A stretch of DNA of 61,672 nt, counting the filler, from Choristocarpus tenellus KU-1152 (taxonomy: Eukaryota; Protista; Phaeophyceae), in assembly GCA_964200185.2 (NCBI GenBank). It is 9 parts of 9 records of this genome, joined end to end, with 100 filler letters (N's around TTAATTAATTAA, not from the genome) between each part and the next. Parts side by side here need not be neighbours in the genome. Positions count along the whole stretch, not along the records: positions 12,404 to 37,481 come from CAXNAD020000192.1; positions 37,582 to 45,487 come from CAXNAD020005415.1; 7 more parts are not named here. One strand, written 5' to 3'. The notes beneath the pieces were generated by a model. The model was not told the DNA's origin and did no database searches. It worked only from the letters and a program-made list of their open reading frames with translations. Positions 27,401-40,090 of the stretch are shown here, piece after piece. The position numbers and the translations under genes are program-made. Each line of letters starts with the position of its first letter. Within the stretch, counting starts at the first letter, position 1.

Positions 27401-28073
27401 TGGCAATGGAAAAGATCTTGGGGAGACCCTCACTCGAATTGTAAAAGGTTTGCTGGACTTGAAGCACTTTCTCATGTGTACTTTGAAGCTGAAGACTTTT
27501 GTTTTGTTTTTCTTGGTGTTTGTGAAAATAGTTACGTTCCGCATCTTTCAGGGTAATTGGGTGCAAAACATCTTGAAAGCACCCTGTAGTCATCTGGAAG
27601 TGAATGTGAGATGTTTGCTTCGGGATGGTTGCTTTTTCAACGTAGCTTGTGTTGGCAAGCATGTGAACTATACAGTGTTGTATTGATCAAATTGTAATAC
27701 TGATGAGGTGCTTTACACAATTAGGGTTGGAACTATTCTTTACAAAAAGAGTTCTTCAACATAGTTGAATCAATACTTTGTAGAGGGGGGTTTTAAGCCT
27801 GCCCACCCACTCGACCCCCTTGTTGCAGGGGAGGATGACAGCAATGGTGAGGGAGAGGTGATACAAAGTAGTCATACTCCCCTCCCTCCATTATTGGAGG
27901 CGCGGCTGAAGCAGGAGCTGCAGGGAGATGTGGCGGGTACAATGGACATGAGGTCAACTGTTAGGCAAAGCATGGAACGATTACGTTCCACAATCGGGGA
28001 TTCAATGTGGGAGGAGGTTATGGGCTCTGTTGAGCCAGTTGTGCTTGTACAGCTCCAGGGAATGGTAGCATAA
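12404..28073 (+). CDS. IPO11: Importin-11 (Kap120 family), 5'-truncated; 17 exons: 12404-12501, 14655-14706, 15661-15793, 17042-17190, 18300-18462, 19032-19154, 20040-20216, 20882-21019, 21888-21995, 22500-22634, 23060-23161, 24314-24421, 24841-24929, 25698-25803, 27038-27172, 27360-27447, 27829-28073
   Basis: Motifs LEEWVSDPEQF, LLLDALYLCAGLGAYSL, LRRLLWLVGCW, DVAVRLSA and VYLVEQGLELWL are characteristic of importin-11. All junctions are GT-AG and phase compatible. Ends at TAA 28071-28073. Confidence 0.9.
14487..14590. repeat. ~28-bp degenerate minisatellite (TGTACTGTAGTGATACCATTGATAGTGA), about 4 units
   Basis: Directly visible. Confidence 0.8.
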
Positions 28074-29629
28074 GGAAGTCTCGGTCATGCCCCACCTAGA
28101 ATCTTGACAACACAAACCATCATTCTTGAGTCCAACCTATCAACAATGGACAAGATTTATCTTTATTTTACCGATGTTTTTTTCTTATCCCTTTTCATCC
28201 TGGAAGAGTGTAAGATAGAGTGGACCAATGCTATGCACCGTGAACATTTTGAGGCTGCACAACTATTGCCCTGAAGAAGGCTAATACTTGCTGACAAACA
28301 CTTCCCATATGTTCATGCCAGGGATATTTATTTTGATTTCAATGTCGACACGGATGCCAATCCGTTTAAGAGCTTGTTGCCAATAAACGTTTCACAAACT
28401 CTAATGTGAAATGAAGATGATAACCTGTGCCCATTGTAGTTAGGCCTCTCACAACTGTGCAGCCCCCTTCACTCTTGGCAAGGAATGGCTACAAATTGAA
28501 GGACCTCACCTCAAGTATTTGTGTTCAATAGTATGTATAGTAGTGGTAGTGGGTAGTGTCCAAATTACGTTCCTCAAGTGATCGCAATTTATTCTACATC
28601 TTAAGCTATTCCACACCCTGGGCCTATAATAAAGACATGGGAGCTGAGGCATGTTTGCAGGAATGGTCAGTAGCCTTTGCTTATAGTTTCATTTTTGTAC
28701 ACACTGAGAATTAACTCCTTCCCTACACTGTCCAGATCTGAAACATAATTGTGCAATACCGTTCAGTTGCCTGCTGCTTACACCAAACTTGGCATAATGG
28801 GAAGGGCAAAGTACATTCCAACTCACATTGCAGTAGTGACAGGTCCTGTTGGAGTCTACTTCGACTGCACGAGAACTTCGACAAGGTCACCCCCACTAAT
28901 CCTAACACTATGGTGCTCTACCTCCTACACCATTCTAGAGAACACTCAAATATTGAGACTGGGCTAGTTTGAAAACTAACAATTAGAACTTTGACTTCTG
29001 CGCCTCTAAGGAAGATTGTAACTCTCCAGATGTTTGAGCCGTGTCCTCAAGCACCTACACCTAACCCAAGATCTGGGCACAAGTGTCCATACACAATAAA
29101 AAACACAAGTCCAATATTTTTGTAGGTCACATTTCCAGCTTGCTACAGACTATCTCCAGGATAGTGACAGGTGCGAACCTTCAACCTAAATTCTGTACAC
29201 TTCCTAGTTCAATAAGTTCCTACTCAACAAGAGTATCTATGATGAGTTGAGTCATCTTGACATTGTATCATGTATTGTGGGCTTGTGTTACCAACTTCTC
29301 AAAGATTTGTATGTGGGATCATCGGATGACCAGGAGTCAGAGCACTCAACATAGGAGACCATCGAAACAAATACCAATTATGCAGGGGCTTTCCTTACAG
29401 CTACACCAGATATCTAGCTAAAAGGGTCTTGTCAGTTATCCCAACAGTCTAACACAAATATATTGGGCTTAAAAATACTTCGACTTTTAAGCCTTCACAT
29501 AAACCATGAAAGCCAGAACTGTATTCATACAGTTGGTGTGTGTGAGCACACAGATGCACTGTGATGCAAGTATCTGACTGCATCAAGGGGAGAGAGTGGG
29601 GTCTATGTCTGCTACAAACAATCTGAGTT

Positions 29630-29788
29630 CTAATCCCATGCCTTTCCCCCGCTCTTAATGAAGCTTTGGCTTTCAACATTGTAGACCTCTGTGAACCCAG
29701 CATCTACAAGTGCCTGACATGCCATGGCTGACCGTCTTGTCTTGCTCCCCACTATCAGCTTGGCGTCTTTACTGAACCGTGCCTCCAT
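29630..29788 (-). pseudogene. Rhodanese-like domain, terminal exon only (possibly pseudogene or inactive)
   Basis: KDAKLIVGSKTRRSAMACQALVDAGFTEVYNV..GG.AW resembles the rhodanese motif IVGCxxGxRS..A...L..AGF..V.N..GG..AW. It follows a pyrimidine tract and AAG acceptor. No upstream exons were recognised. Confidence 0.6.
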
Positions 29789-30654
29789 CTTGGTTGGGAG
29801 AAAGGAAGGGGAAGAGGGCAAAGGTAGAAGTTACTGCAAACTTCAGGGGCACTCAATTGAGGAGCTTGTATGGCTCACAACAATAGTGATAATCCTCATC
29901 TAGATCCCTTATGTCTGACCAAGCCCTATGAACTGAGAGAGACGAGCCGATAAAATGAGCAAAGCACTTACAGTGCAATCCGTGCCCAAGAACTATAGAA
30001 AAATGGTATGTAATAGGTCAGCATGAGAAATGATCAACATTACTGGGCAACGAATCACCTACTACTACTACCAATACTACGAACATTACATCCTCTGAGA
30101 TTTTACAAATTTTCCCTTAAGCTCACTGACGATCACAGATCCTTAAACAGGCCAGTTACGTTGTGAATAAGCTGTAATGGTAGTATGCAAAACACACATA
30201 TCATCTCAGCATAAAGAGGACAGAAACCCACAACTGGCATTTCCATGTAACATAGACCCAATTATTATTTTTCCGTATGGAAGATGTCCAGAGTGATCCC
30301 TCATTAGCCTATTCCATTCTCTCAGAACAGTTCAAGAGAAACATAGAATCGAGTATAGGGTGGGAATGTTGATCCTTTTGTGGTCAATATTCAATTGTAC
30401 TGTGAAAGAGCAACCAACAATGCTGAGGAGAGGGTTGAATACTTTGATTTTGATCTCCAATTTCCAGAGGGGTCCACATTTACAAGGGGAACCGGAAGAC
30501 TTTGAACACAAAATTCAACTGCACTTGCCATAGAAAATTGTCGACTGCTATCCCATTCCCTCCTCAGAGACTAAACAATATAGAAGTTTCCAACGAATGA
30601 TTCGCTTTCTACTCCAACCAGTGTATTTTTATTGGAGAACGTTGCTGAAGGATC

Positions 30655-30862
30655 AAATACCTTGATCAAAGCACTTGGCTATATCAAAATAGAACATGGT
30701 TTAGTATGCTTGCTGCATGTTGCTTGTAGACTATATGGGGGAAAATTGTCAAGTATTCTAAATACCTTGATCAAAGCACTTGGCTATATCAAAATAGAAC
30801 ACGGTTCAGTAAGCTTGCTGAATGTTGCTTGTGGACTGTAAGGAGGAAAATTGTCAAGTGCT
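30655..30862. repeat. Tandem duplication, ~105-bp unit, 2 copies
   Basis: AAATACCTTGATCAAAGCACTTGGCTATATCAAAATAGAAC at 30655 and ~30760. Confidence 0.92.
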
Positions 30863-33800
30863 CTCAATGTGTCTCCCTGCATCAAGACCTGAGTGATATG
30901 AACAAAATTTGAACTTTTTTTGAAATGATAGTTCTGGGAAGTTGCACCTGGTCCAACCAGTGGGACTAACAACTCCAATCCACATGCGTACCAGGTGAAC
31001 TTCACTGCAGAATTTCAAATTATAACAAAGTCTTCTTTTATTAAAAAAAAATGCAAGGCGTGGAGGTGGGAGAGCTGAGACAAAATTGCATCATTGCTTG
31101 GAATTCTTGCAACACTCTCCACATAGAAACAGTTAACTATGGATTATGCCTTGCAAATGTAAAGCACAATCATACATGGTATGTGAAAAAATCATATCAT
31201 AGATTCAGCAATGAAACGACCATGTTCCGACTTCCATCAAAAAGTGAAGATCTATAGGTGTAACCTCATTCTTTTGAACAAAATATTCATAACTGAAGAG
31301 TACACAATATTGTCGTGAATATACATATATTTTGATGACCTCCTGATGAGGTTGCCATGTGCCAAAAGTCAATACATCGATACAGTGTTGAGTTCAATCA
31401 TGAGGTTGAAGGAAGCATATACGAATTGGGTCAGTCATTCGTCTGTGCACACATTGGTTGAAAGACCATTCACATTGCTAGGTGCAAGGGCACACATATT
31501 CTCAACAACGTGCAAGTGTGCTGCTCAAATATTGGGCTACACAAGAGATGAAATCAGCATGTACCAAGGAGCATTTACTTCTTTAGTTAGGAGCCACAAG
31601 CAATCATGGTTACAATGAAAGCAAGGTAGTTAATGTTGGCACTGGATCATTGCCACCTAAACAATAATTGTGTACTATCAGCCTCTACACACCAAAAGAA
31701 TGCCAGTCAAACATATTTCATACCATATTACCTTTTCCACAAAGTCCGGGAGTATCCGCCATGCCAAAGCCTCGTAGTCCACTCCATCAATTTTATTATT
31801 GGTGGGTTCCTGTCCCTCAAAAAACATTCTTAAGGCGCCCTCAATTCTGTCTTCATCCCCGCTGTCTCCTTCCTCATCTTCCTTATCTAAGCCTGTAGCA
31901 TGTTCAACAGCCTCGAATGCTGGGATACTGATGGACCCCCTGCACATGTGTGCAACCAGAGACAAGCGATCAGACTAGCAGTGCACTCAGGAGTACAAGT
32001 TGAGAGTGCGCAAATAAGCAAGAAACTTATGAGGAATCCCAAACATTCCCTTTCTAATCAGCAGATGCCATGCACTACAGCCCGATCAGCAGATGCTGAA
32101 CTCGGAAAATAATGACGATGATCACAGCGGGAGTCACGAGCCACAGAGGAAAGGAAGGGAACATCCCCTGTAGAAAGACACAAGGAAATGGGTAGGGGCA
32201 ATGAAAATCCAAAGGACGCGGTGACATATCTAGAAATCCTGGGTCTGACTCCGTCAAATACGACGCTAATCTTCAATTCTTTTGACGAAATTTTCTATGC
32301 CAAACAGCATGGATCGATAGGAGTCGGCCATGGACATTCTATCATCACCCACGAGCGATTCCAAGAGCACACGGCACATGGGCAATGGGAAAAACTGTCA
32401 TTTGAAAATGGAGTTTGTATTCTTCCACCAGGCTACCACTGCATCGAAATGCCTTCAAACCTAGGGGAAGTGAGAGTCTGTCGCTCCTCCAGCGACCTGA
32501 TGTCAATATAGGAGAATTCTGAGTCTTTTCCCATTGTCCACTCCACAGCTTCACGCACAGTGATGTCTTCGTACGCACCGGCCACCATTTGAAACGGTCG
32601 TCTGCTACATGCGCCCCACCTGCATCAATATGTGACTATTGAGGACAACACCTGAACGCGGCGTATCATAGGATTGCTCGATCTAAACACTTTAGAACCT
32701 GGAACTTGTTAATGCCTACGTAACCAAACCAATGATACCTAATTGTTAGGCTAGGTGTTGGTCCCACACAAGCAAAAGGAGGACGTGTTGCCTTACCAGC
32801 TCACTCGTGATTGTCCCTGTTGACACCCCATGGACTGTCGACCTTGCAAGTTCATGCAACGGTATTGCAACGCATTAAATCCATGTACACTGTTCAAGAT
32901 TCCCAACAGAATTGTGATGCAAAGGCATATGGACCCAACCATCGCTGAAGGGGTGGGTGTAGATGTTGTCATTTCCTGAAGGGTGTTGAAAAATCATGTG
33001 TTCGTCTGTCTTGTGAGACAAAAGTCACTGAAACCGCGCGCAGGGTTTTCTGGAAATTGTAGTTGGGGTTGGATTATTGGACATAATAAATATTTCTTGC
33101 GGTTGTCGCTCGTCCTACAAGGCTGTTGTGAAGTTTGTTTCCCCCAACTGAGGTAATATTTCTCCCCTCTACAAGAGGACTTACTTACCAATAGAATCTA
33201 ACCTCTTACAACGTCCATCACAATGACACAATAAATGGTTGGTGGTGAGCTTTTCATAGTCTATGATAGAGAGGGGTAGTGTACTTATCGACTGATTTTC
33301 CTATAATCTTATCAAGGGGATTATTGTGTACTATGTTTGGTGTGTTTGCCGAATGTATCAAGGAATACAAAATTCGTCACAGAAGGTCTCGATAGATTGT
33401 GTGGAGGGATGTTTAAGGCTTCTTTTGCAACAAACTGCACCTCAATCGTCCGTGTGGTTGCTGAGATAAGTGGTGTTGAAAATGGGGAACTCTGGGGAAA
33501 TAAGTAGCCAACCAGGAGGCGGTGCGTGAAAGAGATCTCAGATGGCAAAAAAGAATAACGAGACCTCCAAGGACAAGCATGGTATCACCAGAACATGCAA
33601 AGCACTTTCGGTTCAAGGTGCTAGATGGATAGCGGAGGAAGGTTCTGCCACTATTGCTTCTACTGTGCTTGAAGTAAAGCTGGAGACCGCTTGACACTGA
33701 GACCATGGTCACGAAAACAACGAGTAAAGGTGGAGATCGAATTAGGGGAGTTAAAGTAGAGGTGGAGGGCAAAGTGGAGTATTTCGTCACCATGATGGAG

Positions 33801-35189
33801 GCCATTGTGACGAAGAAGGGAGAAAACGATTTAGAGGCTATTGCGACTGCAGTGCTTCGTGAGGTAGATGAGAGACAAATGAGGCTACCTGCTGAGAACA
33901 ACGAGGGAGACGTACGTGTGAAGTCATGAAAAGTAGTGTCAACACTCTGAGACACCAGCAGTGCCTGAAGAAGAGATCGCAACGTTTGAAGCCGGAGCTC
34001 CGAAAGTTAGGGAAAACGACCAGGAAGAACTTGAAAGGTAGAAGATTGAGGTTTACAATCTCCAGAAGGAGCTAAAATCTATTGATCCAAGCCTTGTTTT
34101 ACCCGCAATTGAGATTGAGCAAATTGAGTTTGTCACGACTCTAAAGGAGGAGTTCTAGTGCCACGAGGTGATCTGAGAGACACGTTTCCGAACTTCCCGT
34201 TCCCATCTCGCCCATAAACAAGCGCATCTCCAACCGTGCACGGATGCCCAAGTGCAAGTGTGTGTAGAATGCACCCAAGACGCACAAGTAGCACCTCAGG
34301 ACCCACCTGCATGGTGCTCTCCGTCTTTGCTCTGTGGTGTGGTTTAACCCTTGCCAGTTAGAACACACTACATGTATTCACGGTGTGGTTCCTGAATTAC
34401 CAACCATACTACAATATATCTCGCGCGTTTGGATATTTAAAATATAATAAGTGGGGGACAAGGATGAGGAGTTTTCTGGCAATTTCATTAGTCAAACGAC
34501 AAAAAAACTCAATGAAGAGACGACCACAAGAACGTACCCACAATGGAAATAAATGGTTTTAATTTTCAGGGCTAACTGTGTGTTGTGTGATGTAGGGAGT
34601 ATGAACGGGAACCTTATGAAATAATCTAAGTTTTGTGAATGTGAGAGTTTCAAAGGGGGAAATACGTATAATAAACTAAGTCTTGGCGAGGATAGAAGAA
34701 ACGAATAGAAAGGTATACTAAACGTTAAGGATGGGATGACTGGGAAGCAGAAAATATGATTGAGAAATTAAAGCTAAACGCGGGGTAGGTGTAGAATCGA
34801 GGTAGGAAGGGCTGCAGCAGAACAAAAGGTAGAAGTGAACGGCGGAGTGGGAAGGCAAGAAGTGGAAAGATCAAGGCAGCCTCTGAGAAATCTTTCCCAC
34901 CCAACCATCCTCTTGATTGCTCATGATTGAGTGGGATGTTTGCGGGGGGGGAGATCAAGTTTGAGCGGGGTAGATGCCTTCTAGTTCAAAGGCACAGTAT
35001 TGGAGTGGATGATTGGGAGGGGTGTTCTTGGATAAATGTGGTGTGGTGTGGTGTGGTGAGGTAGAGCATGTTGTAGTGTTGCGTTGAATGGTGGTATAAG
35101 GTAGTGTGGTGTAGAATAGTGTGGTGGAGAGTGTTATGGAGGGCGGTGGGGTGTTTCTTACAGTGTTGCGGAGGAAGATTGAGTGGATT

Positions 35190-35485
35190 CACGGGAATTG
35201 GTCGTATTTGTCGGAGGCTGGACACCAGCAGCGAAGAATGGTCGCATTGGTTGGTCATTGGATAAGCGGAAGTTGGTCGCATTGGTTGTTGGTGACTGAA
35301 AACCAGTGGCGAAGATTGGTCACATTGGTTGGTCGTTGTATATGTTGAATTGGCTGCACTGGTTGGTGACTGGAAACCAGTGGCGGAGATTGGTCACACT
35401 GGTTGGTCACTGGATTTATGCGGAATAGACTCCTGTGGTTGGTGACAGGAAACCAGTGGTGGAGATTGGTCGCACTGTTGATCAC
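35190..35485. repeat. Degenerate tandem array, ~75-bp period (AACCAGTGGCGGAGATTGGTCRCAYTGGTTGG)
   Basis: Core recurs at ~35225, 35300, 35375 and 35450. Confidence 0.8.
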
Positions 35486-35989
35486 TTAACACGCACAATT
35501 GGGCACATGCTTTGTGGGGTAAGAAGGATAGTGTGTGGAGGGAAGGAGAAGGTAGTGTTACATTTGTCAAGGAAGAGTAGAGTGGATGGAAGGCTAAGGC
35601 AAGGCTATTTATCTAATCCAGAATTCGTGAGCTAAGCAAAATGGAAATAGAAATAGATCCAAGAGAAAGAAGGGTCGATACTATTTTTCTCGTAAGTGTG
35701 TAACACTATAAATGTCATTCAAAAGAGTGTGATAGTTAGACACAGTCGGTAACATTTCTTGAAAGGAGGTTTTGGAGGCTTTAACAACAGTGACGGATGG
35801 GTTTCTCAAATAAGTACAATTGATGACATAGTAAGTGTCAATACGTCGTAGGAAGTCGTGTCCCATCAGATTATATCAAAGACGGTATGAAAGGCCTACT
35901 CTTACTACTGAACGTTTTGAGCTCAGAGAGGTTATTGAGAGCCAGAGTGAGATATCTTAACCCTAACACTAACCCTAACTCTAGAAATG

Positions 35990-36241
35990 GGTTAAACCAT
36001 CTTAGATGATACGAGTTTTTTCCTGTTTGTCCATTTGGGACTTGGCTTTCCAAGGGTTTTAAATGACATTTTACCTACTCCAAAATGTTTCGGAGTAGTT
36101 AAAATGTATACGTTATGAAAAGGTGTATCCAGCAAAAGGATACTGACATTTCAACACGACAGCAAAAATCACATCAAAATTGTAACATCGGATTTTGGCC
36201 CCCAAACGGACGCTGCTCTACCCTCTGAGATACTTTGACTC
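35990..36241 (-). mobile_element. MITE family A, diverged, probable TSD AATG
   Basis: Homologous along its length; left TIR degenerate. Confidence 0.8.
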
Positions 36242-36580
36242 AATGCATTTCGGTCATTGAGTTCTGTGAGAAGCAACTGTGAAATGGAGTTTTATCATGT
36301 ATACTGTTGTTTTAGTTTGTTGTCGGTGGGGATGTTGAAATGAGGCCTAATCTCGCACAATGTCGTCCACATGTGTGATCCGTTGGCATTTATGGAGGTC
36401 AGAAGATGATGATGATTACTGCTGTTGACTTTTTTGGCGTACCCAATGTGTAATGCGTGAACCTGTGTTGTTTTCTGCACAACCACCACCACCACCACCA
36501 CCACTATATTATATTACTAATGTAAATAAGACGAATATAATGGTACATCCTCCGTTCAGGTTTAAATTACTTTCATCTAC

Positions 36581-36833
36581 AGTATCTTAGAGGGTACGAG
36601 TTTTGCCCTGTTTGTCCATTTGGGGCTTGGCTTCCCACGAGGTTTTTTATGGCATTTTCCTACTCCAGATTGTTTCAGAGTCAGGTAAAATGTACACGTT
36701 ATGAAAAGGTGTGTACAGAACAAGAATATCGACACTTCCTAACAACCACGATAGCCAAAATTAAATCAAAATCGCAACATTGGATTTTGGCCCCCAAACG
36801 GACGCAGCTCTACCCTCTAAGATACTTCGACTC
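36581..36833 (-). mobile_element. MITE family A, left terminus clipped
   Basis: AGTATCTTAGAGGGTACGAG...TACCCTCTAAGATACTTCGACTC. Confidence 0.85.
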
Positions 36834-37289
36834 TTTTGTTGTCCTGATGAAGAAAAAAGATCTTTTTCACATATTCATATTTGAAGGGAGTATTGCACAG
36901 ACACTAAAATGTCGCCCACCAAAATCTCACGCAATATGAACCAGCCTACACCTATCTGTGATTCCACCCCCGAAGCCTGCAAAACTCCATTCCAGCATTG
37001 TATTTCGCCACATCCACCAGGGCATTCGAGGTGAACTTGCCCGCCTTCTCAGCATTTATTTTCCTTTCCAAAATGAGGAATTTTGAAGAGATTGTCATCC
37101 TTAGACCCCAGGACTTCACAGTAGACTGCGGAGAGGCTCTGCGAGATGTGCTCTAGTGTGTCCTGGGGGTACACATCGAACAACGCCTCCATTGTGGTCT
37201 CTACCAGCTCCTCTTAGTTGGTCACCCCCACGTCTTCCTTCAGTTGCTGGATGGAATGAAACTAACCCGGGTCGTTGATGTTGAGGTAA

Positions 37290-37481
37290 GAGCCAAAGTA
37301 TCTTAGAGGGTACAGCAGCGTCCATTTGGGCTCAAAATACAATGTTGCGCTTTTGAAGTAATTTTGGCTGTCGTTTTGTTAGGGAGTGTTAGTATCCTTG
37401 TTCCGGACACCCCTTTTCATAACGTACACATTTTACCTACTCCTATACATTTTGGAGTGGGAAAATATCATAAAAATGAAC
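37290..37481 (+). mobile_element. MITE family A, truncated by assembly spacer
   Basis: Starts GAGCCAAAGTATCTTAGAGGGTAC and runs into Ns. Confidence 0.85.
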
Positions 37482-37594
37482 NNNNNNNNNNNNNNNNNNN
37501 NNNNNNNNNNNNNNNNNNNNNNNNNTTAATTAATTAANNNNNNNNNNNNNNNNNNNNNNNNNNNNNNNNNNNNNNNNNNNNGTATGATAAGTAG

Positions 37595-37806
37595 ATATGA
37601 TTATATTTTCTGATTATTCATGTTGACGTTGCAAATCCCACATGGTAGGCTGCACTGGTCTTACCCACCTTCTCAGTCAGTGGAATCGAGACCACAAAGA
37701 CCACAAGGCCCTTATAATACTAACATTGTTCATCTACATCAAGCTGTTCTTTGTCCTCCATTAAAGCACCATAAAAGCCACGGGTCCAGTGTGGGATAGT
37801 TCAACA
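37595..37806 (+). repeat. Dispersed repeat, second copy at ~49405-49604
   Basis: Shared GTCAGTGGAATCGAGACCACAAAG...AAAGCACCATAAAAGCC.CGGGTCCAGTGTGGGATA. Confidence 0.85.
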
Positions 37807-39329
37807 GGAGGATCTTCGGAAGGATAGGTTTCCGTGACTTCCAGAAAGGTCTCTTCATGAGCGCGTTTCTCATAAGGGCTTCTCTCCCGTCTCTAAAGGG
37901 ATTTTTTGTGAAACCCATCCCAACCGTGATCCTCCCCACTTCCTAAGTCTCCACAATTTTCTCCAAATCCTTGCAGTCTTGAACTTGTCTATCCTTAACC
38001 TCGTCCTCTCAGTTACGGTTGTCTTGGTCCGTCCAATCCGTCTTTTCTGGTGATTCTCTTCACCACCCTTGACTGAGTGAACCACACCTCAACAGAATAA
38101 TACAATAAAAAAGATCGTATCGCTAGTGTTTACATTGGTAGTAGTATTGCTACAACCATTATTATTTCCGATAATACTATTATTTCTATCATATTGTGAT
38201 GTTTGTATTATGTTAGTCTCTTTTCTTACATTTCTTGTGAAGATTGTGGGCTGTGACAATCGATTTACAGTGTGCACAGTACGCAAATATAGGGCGTCAT
38301 GTTCATGTTCTTTCTCTCCAACAACGACTTGCACATCCAATCCTCTCAGAAGGAGGTGGATGGAGGCGGGGTTGGCAAGTCTTAATGTCCTTGCACTCCT
38401 TCTCATCCCAAACGCTTCAATCGCACCCATTACTATCTATCTTACATGTATTATCATATTAGTTGAGTGGTCCCATACACTGATCCCAACAATACGTGGA
38501 AATTAAATGAGAAAATACCATAATCAACTAATAAAGACTGGCGGGAACGGTCGAATTATCCTCACTCCACATCGCAACAAAAGTTGTAGGTAGTGCAAAA
38601 TAACATTCTCAAATATACTCTGACCAGTTCCCCGTCAATGCCCCCGACTGTACTGAGCAGTAAATCTCAGCCATCACGTTTAAGTCGTTTTAGTTCTCAC
38701 TTTGTGCCCCAAAATACTGTATTTCTGGTCTATTGTAAGAGACGCCACACCTTACAAGTGAAAAAATATTGTATTTCGCAGGCAATACTCCTTACTTGTA
38801 CAACCTCTACATGTGCGTAAACACTAGTGCTCGTGGTTCTCGCAGTTGATGGTGGCTCAGGGTGGCTCTGGCAAGCTTTGGCAATCTGTGTGCAAAAGCC
38901 AAGTGGCATGAAAAATCTTGAGGGAGAGTGCGTAGGAGCGTGGGAAGAACCTGCTGGATGGGCATCTAGAAATATTTTGGCGTATGTAGATAAAATCAAA
39001 ACTTGATCTTGCGTAAATTCGCGTATGTACGAAGGGCGATGTTACCCCAAATGTGTATCATTATCCTCCCTAACATTTTGCTCAACATTGTTCTGTAAAT
39101 GAAGAAACAAAAGGAAAAGAGTATCAACTCAACAACAACAAAGCCTACTATACTTCTTACAGCAAACTCCAACACACATGCACCAAAACCAGTTGTGGTG
39201 AATTCGAAAACAAGAATACAAGAAAACTTAGGAAACAAGTGCAGTTGAAACTACTCCTAATCTCCCATGATGAAGGCGATCAACAATCAAGGGAAGAGTC
39301 CCTCGAGTCGGTCAAGACCCTTCTAGCTC

Positions 39330-39831
39330 ATTAGTCCTTTGTCTCCACTTTAAAGCGAATGGCATATGTCTAGAGATTGTGCCTTTTAAGGTGTTACTGA
39401 CACGATCTGTCACAGGTGTGCCGTCACTGTTGCCTTCGGACTAAAGCCCTCCACCTCCCTACCCCCCACATGCCCCTCAACCGCAACATGACTCACTAGC
39501 TCATCCAGAATTTCCTCTGCCTGTGCCCCTCCAAGCCCAAAGCTTTCCACCATTAAGGTGCTGAGTTTAAAACTACGAGGAGGGTCACAAGATCCGTTGT
39601 AGCGGTTGAGCTTCTAGGGGCCTCCACTGCAACAGCATCAGCAACATCGTTGTTTTGCTGAATGATTGCAGAAGGCGATATTTGGTCCATTTAAACATCA
39701 GTGAAGGCCACATCCAAAAGGAATTCCTTTTCCCATCAAGGGGAAGTGGCCACATTAGAGAGTGCCCCCACATGGAATACCTCATCCATGAGAAAATGTT
39801 CAAGGGGCTTCAATCCTTCAGACACCGACCT
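39330..39831 (-). mobile_element. Older, degenerate copy of the CRE-like endonuclease region
   Basis: MDEVFHVGALS...LLDVAFTDV...PRSFKL..L.VESFG is homologous to MDLVFHTGALA...LLDVTFAEV...PRSYNL at 54911-55124. Confidence 0.7.
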
Positions 39832-40090
39832 GAGCCAAAGTATCTTAGAGGATACAGCCGCGTCCATTTGGCGACCAAAATCCAATGTTGCAATTTTGAT
39901 GCAATTTTGACTATCATGTTGGTTAGGAGATGTCAATATCCTCGTCTGGACACTCCTTTTCATAACGTATACATTTTACCTACTCCGAAACATTTTGGAG
40001 TAGGTTAAAATGTCAATAAATACCCGTGGGAAGCCAAGCCCCACGTGGACAAACAGGGCAAAATTTGTATCCTCTAAGATACTTTCACTC
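39832..40090 (+). mobile_element. MITE family A (~260 bp, Sola2-like), intact, TSD ACCT
   Basis: TIRs GAGCCAAAGTATCTTAGAGG...CCTCTAAGATACTTTCACTC, with ACCT on both flanks. Confidence 0.9.

Noticed and set aside
33413-33982. 189-aa minus-strand ORF
   Set aside because: It is an antisense shadow of the purine-rich decayed + strand ORF, with no recognisable domain.
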